64,000 nt of DNA from Histomonas meleagridis 2922-C6/04-290x (taxonomy: Eukaryota; Protista; Parabasalia): positions 186,001-250,000 of the forward strand of contig JAANOX010000080.1 of NCBI GenBank assembly GCA_020184695.1, in the 5' to 3' direction. The notes under the pieces were generated by a model, which worked only from the letters and a program-made list of their open reading frames with translations, made no database searches and was not told the origin of the DNA. This document shows, in pieces, positions 45,343 to 56,000 of this stretch. Positions within the stretch are counted from its first letter, which is position 1, and each line of letters begins with the position of its first letter. The position numbers were made by a program, and so were the translations under genes.

Positions 45343-46150
45343 ATGTCAAGGAGAAAAGATCTTCAATTGATTTCTGATGCATTTGATAATGATAAGGATG
45401 CACAGTACAAGTGCATGTACTTTTATGCAACATTTCCACAAAAAGTAATTTGCGAACAATACATCCTTCCTAATTAATTGACTTCCAATAAATGATTATT
45501 GTGTCTTGTTGCTAATCCGATTATTGAAATTGATCCTTTACCAGAACTCATTGAAGCTTTTTTAGCAAGCGAAGACACTGAAGTTGTTAACACTACAATT
45601 GAATCCTTTGGAACTATTGACAACATAATTCTCAATATATCAAAATCCGAATATGATAAAGTCCGTGCTTATTGCCTTAAATTCCCTCAATTGTCAGCAA
45701 GCTAAGAAAAAGCCCATCTTCTCACAGACCCTGATTGGGGCGTCCGTTCTTCACTTGCTACATATCTTATTCAAGCCAATGATCCTGTTAAATCCTGTGA
45801 ATTGCCATCAAATTAATTTCATATTCAATTTGGCAAGTTAAGTGCACTCCGTTCACTTACAGCTTTTATCAACACCTTTCCCAAGAGGACATTTGTTGTT
45901 TTGTAAATTCTTTCAAAACTAAATTCATCACCCAACTCCCTAGCAATCTGTTCTTCCTCTTGATGACTGACACAGTGATCTTGACCCCATCCGCAATCAC
46001 AAAGAACAATTTGAAACGTATTGCAATAAGAAGTTTCCAATTTTCTGAAGTTTATTAAGCACTTAATAAAAGTAACTTTATAAAACACTCTGATTTCGCC
46101 AAAGTACATTCTTAATGATGTTAGTACTACAATATACACAGGAGATAAAA
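45343..46150 (+). pseudogene. HEAT-repeat-like gene remnant
   Basis: One frame from ATG 45343 with several in-frame stops; LLTDPDWGVRSSLATYL is HEAT-like. Confidence 0.5.
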
Positions 46151-46152
46151 AT

Positions 46153-48932
46153 TTGAATAATCCATCAGCCGACTTGAAATTCCTAATTGAGCTTGAGAAA
46201 ACTATATTCAGTTTAACTGAAGAAAACTTCCAGCCGTCCATCAAAAAAATATTGGAATTATTCGATTCAAATTATCCATACACATTTAATACTATTATAA
46301 GTAACATCGTTTATAATGCATTTTCATCACCAAAGTGTGTATTTGATGTTTACTTAAATTTTTTAGAGACACTTCAATCTAAAGAAGAAGAAATTAATCA
46401 AAATATTGTTAGACTAACATCAATTTTTATCAAACTTATATCTAAAATGAACACACAAGAATCTTATTATTTAATTGAGAAAATGATTATACAGAATTTG
46501 ATTGATAAAAATATTACTAGAAATATTAATTCAAAATATTTTGCACACTACAAAACAGAAATAGAAAACAAAAAGAGAAATTATTATCCATTTGAAAAAT
46601 ACTTTTTTGATAATTATGAAGAACTATCAAAGAATGATTTTGAACTTCATAAGAAATTAATTAAAGAAGGACATAATCCAAATGAAATTGCAAAGATAAT
46701 TCGAAATGATGAAATAGAAAAACTTCAAGAAATATCATCACAAACAAATTTTAATTTTGATCAAATAATTGAACCATCACTTTATGAAAGATGTTCATTC
46801 ATTAATCAAAAAAATGTTACACTAACTGATTATGCAGCATTTTTTTCTTCTATTAAATGTTTTAAATATTTACTTATGAATGGTGCAAAAGTAGAAAATA
46901 CAGGTAAATATGCAGTTGCAAGTGGAAATGAAGAAATCATTCATTTGTGTGAGCAAAATCATTCATCATTTGAAGGTGCATATGAAACAGCAATTATGTT
47001 CCATCGAAATGATATTTTCAAATATCTTTATGAAAGCAAATTAGAAAAAACACAGCCATATTATTTGGTAAGTTTTTGTATTAAAAAAGATAATTATAAT
47101 ATTCTAAAATATTTTGAAGAAGAAGGAATGAATGTTGATGATGATAATATAAATGAATCATCAAGAAATGGAAATTTATATCTTGTTAAATATTTCATTC
47201 AAAATAATCAAATTCCTAAAAATATTTTGCCATTTGCTTCAGAATCAGGAAATGTTGAACTTGTGAAATATATTTTAGATAAAGAAGGAATTGATGTTAA
47301 TGCAAAAAATATTCATTTTAATAATTTGTAATATGTTATAATAATTTGAAATATGTTTTAATAATTTATAATATGTTTTAATAATTTTATATATGTTTTA
47401 ATAATTTGAAATATGTTTTAATAATTTGAAACAGCACTTCATATAGCAGTTAGAAATAATAATATAGAAATAGTAAAATTACTTCTAGATAAAGAAGGAA
47501 TTGATGTTAATGCAAAAAATATTCATTTGAATAATTTGTAATATGTTTTAATAATTTGGAATATGTTTTAATAATTTGGAATATGTTTTAATAATTTAAA
47601 ATATGTTTTAATAATTTAGAATATATTTTAATAATTTTATATATGTTTTAATAATTTGGAATATGTTTTAATAATTTGGAATATGTTTTAAAAATTCGGA
47701 ATATGTTTTAATAATTTGAAATATGGTTTAATAATTTTATATATGTTTTAATAATTTGAAACAGCACTTCATATAGCAGTTAGAAATAATAATATTGAAA
47801 TCGTAAAATTACTTTTAGATAAAGAAGGAATTGATGTTAATGTAAAAGATATTTTGAATAATTTTATATATGTTTTAATAATTTTATATATGTTTTAATA
47901 ATTTGAAACAGCACTTCATATAGCAGTTAGAAATAATAATATAGAAATAGTAAAATTACTTTTAGATAAAGGAATTGATGTTCATGTAAAAACTATTCAT
48001 TTAAATAATTTAGAATGTGTTTTAATAATTTTATATATGTTTTAATAATTTTATATATGTTTTAATAAGTTAGAATATGTTTTAATAATTTTATATATGT
48101 TTTAATAATTTAGAATATGTTTTAATAATTTAAAATATATTTTAATAATTTTATATATGTTTTAATAATTTATAATATGTTTTAATAATTTAAAATATGT
48201 TTTAATAATTTTATATATGTTTTAATAATTTGAAACAGCACTTCATATAGCTGTTAGAAATATTAATATAGAAATAGTAAAATTACTTTTAGATAAAGGA
48301 ATTAATATTAATGCTAAAACTATTCATTTGAATAATTTTATATATGTTTTAATAATTTGAAATATGTTTTAATAATTTGGAATATGTTTTAATAATTTGA
48401 AATATGTTTTAATAATTTGAAACAGCACTTCATATAGCAGTTAGAAATAATAATATAGAAATAGTAAAATTACTTTTAGATAAAGGAATTAATATTAATG
48501 CAAAAACTATTCATTTGAATAATTTGTAATATGTTTTAATAATATAGAATATGTTTTAATAATTTATAATATGTTTTAATAATTTGGAATATGTTTTAAT
48601 AATTTAGAATATGTTTTAATAATTTAGAATATGTTTTAATAATTTGGAATATGTTTTAATAATTTAAAATATATTTTAATAATTTTATATATGTTTTAAT
48701 AATTTGGAATATGTTTTAATAATTTAAAATATATTTTAATAATTTTATATATGTTTTAATAATTTGGAATATGTTTTAATAATTTAGAATATGTTTTAAT
48801 AATTTAGAATATGTTTTAATAATTTGGAATATGTTTTAATAAATTGAAACAGCAAAACAAATTGCACAACAAAAAGGCTACACAGAAATAGTAAATTTAT
48901 TTGGTGAAAAAAGTACGAACCAATCGATATAA
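46153..48932 (+). CDS. DUF3447/ankyrin gene with 6 minisatellite-type spacers
   Basis: Intact DUF3447-type core; spacers 47311-47424 (114), 47521-47754 (234), 47851-47901 (51), 47995-48228 (234), 48322-48415 (94), 48509-48842 (334); all ankyrin segments open; ends NQSI*. No ATG at the 5' end of the ORF. Confidence 0.7.
47311..48842 (+). repeat. 20-nt minisatellite (consensus TTTGGAATATGTTTTAATAA) confined to inter-ankyrin spacers
   Basis: The 20-nt period is directly visible, interrupted only by 93-96-nt ankyrin segments. Confidence 0.95.
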
Positions 48933-49131
48933 TATGAACAAGTAACAATGAATAAAAAGAGATATTTCTATAAATTTATACTTCGAAAGATTAATTAAGC
49001 AAAGAAAATCAAAATCTGGAAATAATTTATTAATTACCATCTTTTATAATAATGTATTTTCTTCTTATAAAACATTTTTTTCATTGAATCAAAAAAACCT
49101 TTATGTTTTTATTATTATTATTAGACATATT

Positions 49132-49566
49132 CTACTTAACGACAAGTTCCTTGAATCCTGTGTTTGGATCTTGTTCTCGAGTGAAAAAAATTCCAGAACA
49201 TTGATATATATCAATTAAAACAATTTCTGCTGTTGTGTCAACTAGAGAACCTGGCATAAGGTGTCCACCCTTAGTATTTCCTTCTGAGTCAGCAACAGAA
49301 ATATGAACATGAATTCCAACATCTGTAACAGTACCAACTAATGAAACAATTTCAAGCGGCCCGGGTATTGTAACAATTTTTTCATTTGTAGGCGTTGCAC
49401 CAGCCAAACGAATAACGCAATTTTTAAGTGATCCAACACATGTTGAGATTGAGAGGGAACACTTACCATAAAGATTTTTCACCGATAAAGCAATCTCATT
49501 TTTTATTGTTTCGTATAAATCATTTCCTGGGAGAATTCTTTTTACTATAATTTTTGGTGGGTCCAT
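49132..49566 (-). CDS. PPC/DUF296-domain protein
   Basis: RILPGNDL, TCVGSL....IRLAG, GPLEIVSLVGT, HVHISVADSEG...GGHL. Confidence 0.9.
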   Translation of the reverse strand: MDPPKIIVKRILPGNDLYETIKNEIALSVKNLYGKCSLSISTCVGSLKNCVIRLAGATPTNEKIVTIPGPLEIVSLVGTVTDVGIHVHISVADSEGNTKGGHLMPGSLVDTTAEIVLIDIYQCSGIFFTREQDPNTGFKELVVK

Positions 49567-49597
49567 CTGGAAAATACGTTTAGGTTATTTCTTAGAA

Positions 49598-52500
49598 ATG
49601 CAAGGAAAACCCACTTTGAGTTCTCGAAGAACATCAACATCAAGACAAGAAAATTTAATCAGGAGAACCCAAAATCCTTCACTTACCAATACAAAAAACA
49701 CGAATATGAATACAAAAAAAAATTCAGCTCCATTGCAATCATTAGAAAAAATTATATTTGAGTTAAAAAATGATCACATTGAAACATCTTCCAAATCTGC
49801 AATGAAGTATTTTGATAATAAATTTCCATATTCTTTTAATCTTTTCATTAGTAGTTTAATATATACAGCTTTTTTATCTCAAAGAAATGATGCAATTTTA
49901 TATTTGAATTTTATGAAATCTATTGAAACATTAGAAAAAGGCGTTCAATGTAACTCAATAATAAATGTTTTTAAGAATTATTTATTAAGATTAAAATCAC
50001 AAGAATCAAATCATTTACTTACAAAAATGATCGAATATGAACTAATTCAACCTGATTTTGTTCAGAATAAGAGATCATTATGTTATGCAAATTATTATTC
50101 AGATGAAGAAATTCATAGTTATAATTATAAATTTCAAGAACAGTTTCTTATAGATCTTGAAGAACTATCAAAGAATGATTGGGAACTTCATAAGCAATTA
50201 ATAAAAGAAGGAGTTAATCCAAATGAAATATTAAAAATAATTCGAAATGATGAAATTGAAAAACTTCAAGAAATTTCATCACAAACAAACTTCGATTTTA
50301 ATCAACATGTTAAACCATCACTTTATGAAAGATATTCATTTATTAATGAAAAGAATGTTTCAATAATTGATTTTGCAGCCTTTTTCGGAGCAATTAAATG
50401 TTTTCGATTTTTACTTATGAATGGTTCTACAATCGAAAACACATTAAAATATGCAATTGCTGGTGGAAATTTAGAGATTACATATTTATGTGAACAAAAC
50501 ATTTTATCAATTGAAGAAGTATATAAAACAGCAATTGAATTTCATCGGAATGAAATTTTTCAATATTTTTACGAAAAGAAAAAAATACCAAATAAAGATT
50601 TAACAAAATATGGAATGCATTGCTTAAGATATTGTAATTTCAAAATGTTTATGTTTTTAAAATCAGTTGGTATGAAAATAAACAAAGAAATTTTAGAAGA
50701 AGCAATATTAAATGGTAATACATTCTTTATCAAACGATATATAACAGATAAAAAATATTTTCCAATCATTTCAAATTGTCCAAATGCGTCAAGAAATTAT
50801 GAGTTAATTAAAATGATTCTTGAACAAGGCGACTTTAATAAAATTACACTAAATATTGGTTTAACTTGTTTAAAATTTGTTTTAATTGATTTATGTTTTC
50901 TATTTCAATTTAAATTTTCTTTAATTTGTTTAATGCACAACTTTTAATAGCTGCAGAAAATGGTTATTATGAAACAATACAATGGCTTTCTCAACAAACT
51001 GGGTTTGATGTTAATTATAGTGGTATATTTTTGTTTTATTTGAAATTAATTTTAATAATTTGATATATAAAAATAATAATCGGAACTTACTTCTATTATT
51101 TGAAACTTTATTAATGTTAGCAATTAAAAATTATCAGATGGAAGTAATTAGATTTCTTCTTAAACATAAAAAAATTGATATTAACGCGAAAGACATTTAT
51201 TTATTTTATATAGAATTTATTTTATTAATTTTATATTTCAATGTTATATTTGAAAATTGTTCTAAATATTTAAAACAGCGCTAATGAAAGCATGTCAAAA
51301 TGGTTATACAGAAATAGTTAAGTTACTTCTTAAACAAAAAGGAATTGATGTTGCTGCTAAAAATACTTGTTTGTTTTGTTTAGGGTTTATTTTTATATTT
51401 TTGGATTTGCAAATGGTTTTTGGAAATTATTCGAATCATTTGAAACAGCACTTACTTATGCATCGCAAAAAGGTTGTATTGAAATAGTTAAAATACTTCT
51501 TAAACAAGAAGGAATTAATAGCAATACTAAGAATAATTGTTTTAAATGTTTCATATTTATTCTAATAATTTGATAATTAAAAATATTATTTAAAATTTAT
51601 CAAGACCTTTTGAAAAGGCACTTTTTTTTGCTGTTGAAAAAAATTATATTGAAATAGTTAAATTACTTCTTGAACAAAAAGGGATTGCTCTTAATACTAG
51701 TAATATTTACTTATATTGTTTTGGATTTATTTTATTAATTTAATGTTTCAAAGTAATAATAGGAAATCGTTTAAGCTATTTGATACAGTCCTTATTTATG
51801 CATCTCATCGTGGTTATTTATATACCGTTAAAATACTTCTTGAACAAGAAGGAATTGATATTAATGCTAAAAATATTTATTTGCTTTATTTGGTATTTAT
51901 TGTAATAATTTTTAATTTTAAAATAATATTTGGAAATTATTTAAATTATTTTATACAGCACTTATGTCTGCATCTTATAATTGTCATACAGAAATAGTTA
52001 AATTACTTCTTGAACAAGAAGGAATTGATATTAATGATAAAAATAATATTTATTTTAATAATCTGATATTTCAAAATAATATTTGGAAATTATTTAAATT
52101 ATTTTATACAGCACTTATGTTAGCATCTTCAAATGGCCGAATAGAAATAGTTAAATTACTTCTTGAACAAGAAGGAATTGATATTAATGCTAAAGATATT
52201 TATTTGTTTTATTTAATGTTTGTTTTAATAATTTTGTATTTAAAAATAAAATTTGGAAATTATTTTAAACATTTAAAACAGCACTTATGCATGCATCTGA
52301 AAAAGGTCATACAGAAATCGTTAAATTACTTCTTGAACAAGAAGGTATTAATATTAATGCTAAAGACATTTATTTGTTTTATTTAAAATTTATTTGATTG
52401 ATTTGATATTTAAAAGTAATATTTGGAAATTATTTATATTATTTAAAACAGCACTTATATTAGCATCTGAAAAAGGTCATACAGAAATCGTTAAATTACT

Positions 52501-53562
52501 TCTTGAACAAGAAGGTATTAATATTAATGCTAAAGATATTTATTTATTTTATTTAAAATTTATTTAAATAATTTGATATTTCAAAATAATATTTGGAAAT
52601 TATTTTAAAAATTTGAAACAGCACTTATGCATGCATCTGAAAAAGGTCATACAGAAATCGTTAAATTACTTCTTGAACAAGAAGGTATTGACATTAATGA
52701 TAAAGACATTTATTTGTTTTACTTAAAATTTATTATATTAATTTGATATTTCAAAATAATATTTGGAAATTTATTAAATTATTTTGGACAGCACTTTTTA
52801 TATCATATTATTGTACACGTCAAAAAGATGTTTTTAAATTACTTATTAAGGATGAAAGAACAAATCTTAACTTTCAATATATTTGCACAAACAATTTCAA
52901 ATTTGTATAAATTATTTGATATTTACTTAAATAATTTAAAATTTTAACTAAAAATATGGAATTTATTTTGGTTGTTTGAAACTATTTTTACGCTTGCAAT
53001 AAAAGATCTTCCTATTGAAATGATTAAATTTCTTCTTGAACAAAAACAAATTGATATCAATAAGAAAAATTTTCATTTCTTCATTTTGCAATTTATTTCG
53101 AATATTTCATGTTTATAATGAATGTATGGAATTTATTTAAATCATTTGACACACCGCTTATGGTTGCAATTCAAAATGGTAAACTTGAAGTTGTTAAATT
53201 ATTATGTAAACAAGAAGGAATTAATATCAATGCAAAAAATATTTATATTTTTTATTTGCAATTTTATTTTGGAATTTGATTTTTCAAAAAAATATATGGA
53301 GTTTGCTCTATATTTTTGATACAGCACTTATGATTGCAGCTTCAAAGGATAATGCTGATATTGTTAAATTACTCTTGAAACAAAAAGAAATCAATGTTGA
53401 TGCAAAAAATATTTCTTTGTTAATTCTAAAATGGTATATATTCATCGTATTTATCATTTCTTTTTTTGGAATTTATTAAAATTATATCATACTGCACTTG
53501 TAATAGCAAATAATAGGGGCCACACGCAAGTTGTTGAAATTCTTCATAATAAATCTCATTGA
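49598..53562 (+). CDS. DUF3447/ankyrin gene with 16 spacer-interrupted repeats (about 957 aa if spacers are removed leaving 6 nt each)
   Basis: Spacers start at 50855, 51025, 51195, 51365, 51535, 51705, 51875, 52045, 52198, 52368, 52538, 52708, 52881, 53071, 53241 and 53411. Fourteen are 74 nt, one 57, one 94. All downstream ankyrin segments are open; ends NKSH*. Confidence 0.75.
50855..53484 (+). repeat. 170-nt tandem lattice (96-nt ankyrin segment plus 74-nt spacer)
   Basis: Spacer starts recur every 170 nt except around the 57- and 94-nt variants. Confidence 0.92.
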
Positions 53563-53811
53563 TAAGAATAAACGAATCTTTAACTATTCTTTTCGCTTCA
53601 AAATATCATCTAAACAAAGTTTTCTAATGTAAATTCCACTTTCTATCAATGGTTGATTAATATTAAAATGCATCATTTTGTAAATCTAAATTTTTATATT
53701 TTAGATGTATTTGATTTATGGAATAATTTCTTTTTATAATTTATATCGATGCACATAACATTTGTAATCTATTTCTCGTTAAACACATTACATTTTATGG
53801 AAAGCGTTTAT

Positions 53812-55224
53812 TCAAATTGATTTCGCAGCATTTTTTATAACCGAAATTGCGGTTCTTATTTGGTCCTCAGAGTGTGCCTGTGAGATGAAGATTTTAATTG
53901 TTGGGCGCCCAGCCTTCAAGTCCCTCATTCTCACGAATTTTGCTTTAGCGATTGCGACCGGGTTTTCATCCTCAGCGCATTTATCGCAAATTCTTTGTAG
54001 GATCTCATCCTCCTCTTTAATCGTTGCCTTAGCTTCCTTTAAACGCAAGTGTATAAGAGGAGAAATTTCGTCGCCTAAAATGTCAAAACCGTCGATGCCG
54101 TTAAGCTCATTTCGAGCGAGCTGAATGTTGGAACGGAGCTTCCTGATCCTTTCTTCGCCATCTTGCTCGACTATCTCAATTGCCTTGGTTGCTGCAACGA
54201 CATTAAAGCAGGGAGGAGATGCAGAAAAGATATACGCATGTGATGCAAGTCTTTGATGTGCACAAATTTCTTTGGTACCAACAGAAAAACCACCAAGAGA
54301 TGCAAAGGCAGGGCCATATGAACCAATTGAAACTTCGATTAAATCTCGTGGAATATCATAATGTTCACAAAGTCCTTTTCCAGTCTTACCAACACAGCCA
54401 AAAGAGTATGTCTCATCAATGATTAACCGGAGACAAAACTCTTTGCGTAATTGAATTAATGTAGGAAGATCTAAAAGTGAGCCATCATTTGTAAATAAGC
54501 CTTCAGTAACAACCCAACGATTGCATTTATCCCACCTAGCAAATGTCTTTTTGTTAGACGCAACTTTTTCGCGCAAATCGTCCATGTCATTATGCTTATA
54601 TGGAATAACTTTGCAACGTGTGAGTTCGCTTCCAAGTTGGCATGCAAACCATGCGCCATCATCAACAAATAAAATATCTGAGTTTTTGATGAGTGATTGT
54701 ATAATTGATGTTGTAGTTGCAAATGGATAACAATAATTAACTGTCTCTTCAGAACCAAGGAATTTAGCCATTTCTTCTTCTACTTTAAGATGTACATCCA
54801 TTGTACCATAAAATTGACGTGGTCCACAAGCACCAACAGCATATTTGTCGATGGCAGCAAGTGAGGCATCTATGATTTCTTGGTTCATGTTAAGTCCGTA
54901 AAAGTTTGGTACACCAAGATTTATCATTTTCTTTCCATCAATTTCGATTGTATCACTAGGTCCTGACGTTATTGTCTTATCTCTAAATATTGATTTATCA
55001 ATTACAGCATCATCTAAATCTGGAATTAGAGGCTTTGGTTTCCAATCAGCAATGATTTCATCTTCTTCGGCTTCAGTAATATCGTCAGTTGGATCATGAA
55101 TTGGTTCTGGACTTCTCAACAAAAGCAAAACAATGAAAACAATCAGACCGATCTCAACAAAAAGATGGATAGGTGATTGATTCCATAAGAAGGACACTAG
55201 TTTCTCGAGAAGTGGTACAATCAT
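53812..55224 (-). CDS. SPTLC1: Serine palmitoyltransferase subunit 1 (LCB1)
   Basis: N-terminal hydrophobic segment, EIIADWKP.PL, KYAVGACGPRQFYGTMDVHL, LIIDET.SFG, GGF, Y.FSAS.P; no obvious PLP lysine, as expected for LCB1. Confidence 0.93.
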   Translation of the reverse strand: MIVPLLEKLVSFLWNQSPIHLFVEIGLIVFIVLLLLRSPEPIHDPTDDITEAEEDEIIADWKPKPLIPDLDDAVIDKSIFRDKTITSGPSDTIEIDGKKMINLGVPNFYGLNMNQEIIDASLAAIDKYAVGACGPRQFYGTMDVHLKVEEEMAKFLGSEETVNYCYPFATTTSIIQSLIKNSDILFVDDGAWFACQLGSELTRCKVIPYKHNDMDDLREKVASNKKTFARWDKCNRWVVTEGLFTNDGSLLDLPTLIQLRKEFCLRLIIDETYSFGCVGKTGKGLCEHYDIPRDLIEVSIGSYGPAFASLGGFSVGTKEICAHQRLASHAYIFSASPPCFNVVAATKAIEIVEQDGEERIRKLRSNIQLARNELNGIDGFDILGDEISPLIHLRLKEAKATIKEEDEILQRICDKCAEDENPVAIAKAKFVRMRDLKAGRPTIKIFISQAHSEDQIRTAISVIKNAAKSI

Positions 55225-55434
55225 TTGTGGCCAAAAGAGAACATTTTTCTGAACTTTATATCCTTTTTCAAAACCGCCTCCGTTTGTTTTTTGAATAGTT
55301 TATATCATGATATCATTTTGAAAATACGTTTAAAAAAAAACTTTTTCAACAAGTTTCAATTTGCAAGATGATGAACATTTTTATATACTATCAAAAATGA
55401 TAGGTCTATTTAATAATTTTCATGAGATTTTTAT

Positions 55435-55910
55435 TTAATGATATGTAAATTTTGTTAGAAAATAGGAATATAATGAACCAAGCATAGAAAGAGTAATAGT
55501 ATTAGTAAAAATAGATTTGGATATAATTGTTCTTGTAACAGATCGTGTATGAATATATGTAACAACAAATTGCTTTGACTTTGTAAATGTATTAGATTTT
55601 GTAAATGCTTTTGAAGCTGTAAGCGTGTGCGTTGGCCATTGATATTGATTGCACTTATCAATTGGTATTCCTTTAGACACATTAAGTGATCCAAACGTTG
55701 TACCATCACTTATAAATTCTAGAATTTTTGTGATTTTACTGGTTGTCCTTCCCCAGTTTTTGTTGATTTACTTGTTTGTTTATTTTGATTTCTCGGGGTT
55801 AATATTTGGCTTATTGTCATTTATTTTTTCTACTTTGTTTACATTTGTTTTTGGTTGCGTTTTCTGAGGATTTTCTTTTTGTTCTTATGTTTTTGTAGTG
55901 GTTTGCTCCA
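55435..55910 (-). pseudogene. Remnant resembling the S/T-rich membrane-proximal stalk of trichomonad surface proteins
   Basis: PTHTLTASKAFTKSNTFTKS..TYIHTRSVT..; upstream stops. Confidence 0.4.
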
Positions 55911-56000
55911 TAAAATGAAATAACAAAATTCATTAAATTTAAAACTTATCAATTTTCGATGGCAGCTTTAATATTTGAAAAGTTTTAAAAAAAGAAAAAA

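Noticed and set aside
9372-46150. Alternative genetic code (TAA/TGA read as sense), suggested by in-frame stops at 9372, 21335, 27619/27649, 32905 and in the HEAT remnant
   Set aside because: Conserved genes end at the expected place with TAA, TAG or TGA (RPL27, EF-2-like, SPTLC1), and no long conserved gene has internal stops.
52198-52611. Programmed -1 frameshift at T TTA AAA as the general explanation
   Set aside because: The slippery-like heptamer is present in some spacers, but the downstream frame has TAA in the 52198 and 52538 spacers, and spacer lengths elsewhere cover all residues mod 3.
50855-53484. Ankyrin spacers as ordinary GT-AG or AT-AC spliceosomal introns
   Set aside because: A GT near the 5' end (tattt-GT-ttt) occurs in only some copies. 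Using the AG of ACA-G or the AC of ACA as acceptor deletes conserved D-x-x-G-x-T residues or breaks the frame. No ACTAAC-type branch motif is present.
47311-53484. CRISPR-like array
   Set aside because: The constant part encodes ankyrin repeats, the variable parts are homologous to each other, there are no cas genes and the context is eukaryotic.
50855-53484. U-deletion RNA editing restoring ankyrin junctions
   Set aside because: Removing T residues still leaves far more A/G bases than the 2-4 codons needed.
47311-53484. Spacer frameshifts as sequencing artefacts
   Set aside because: Lengths recur exactly (74 nt at 14 of 16 sites; 20-nt steps) and long neighbouring ORFs are intact. Only the 75-nt spacer at 31585, with a T8 run, may be a homopolymer error.
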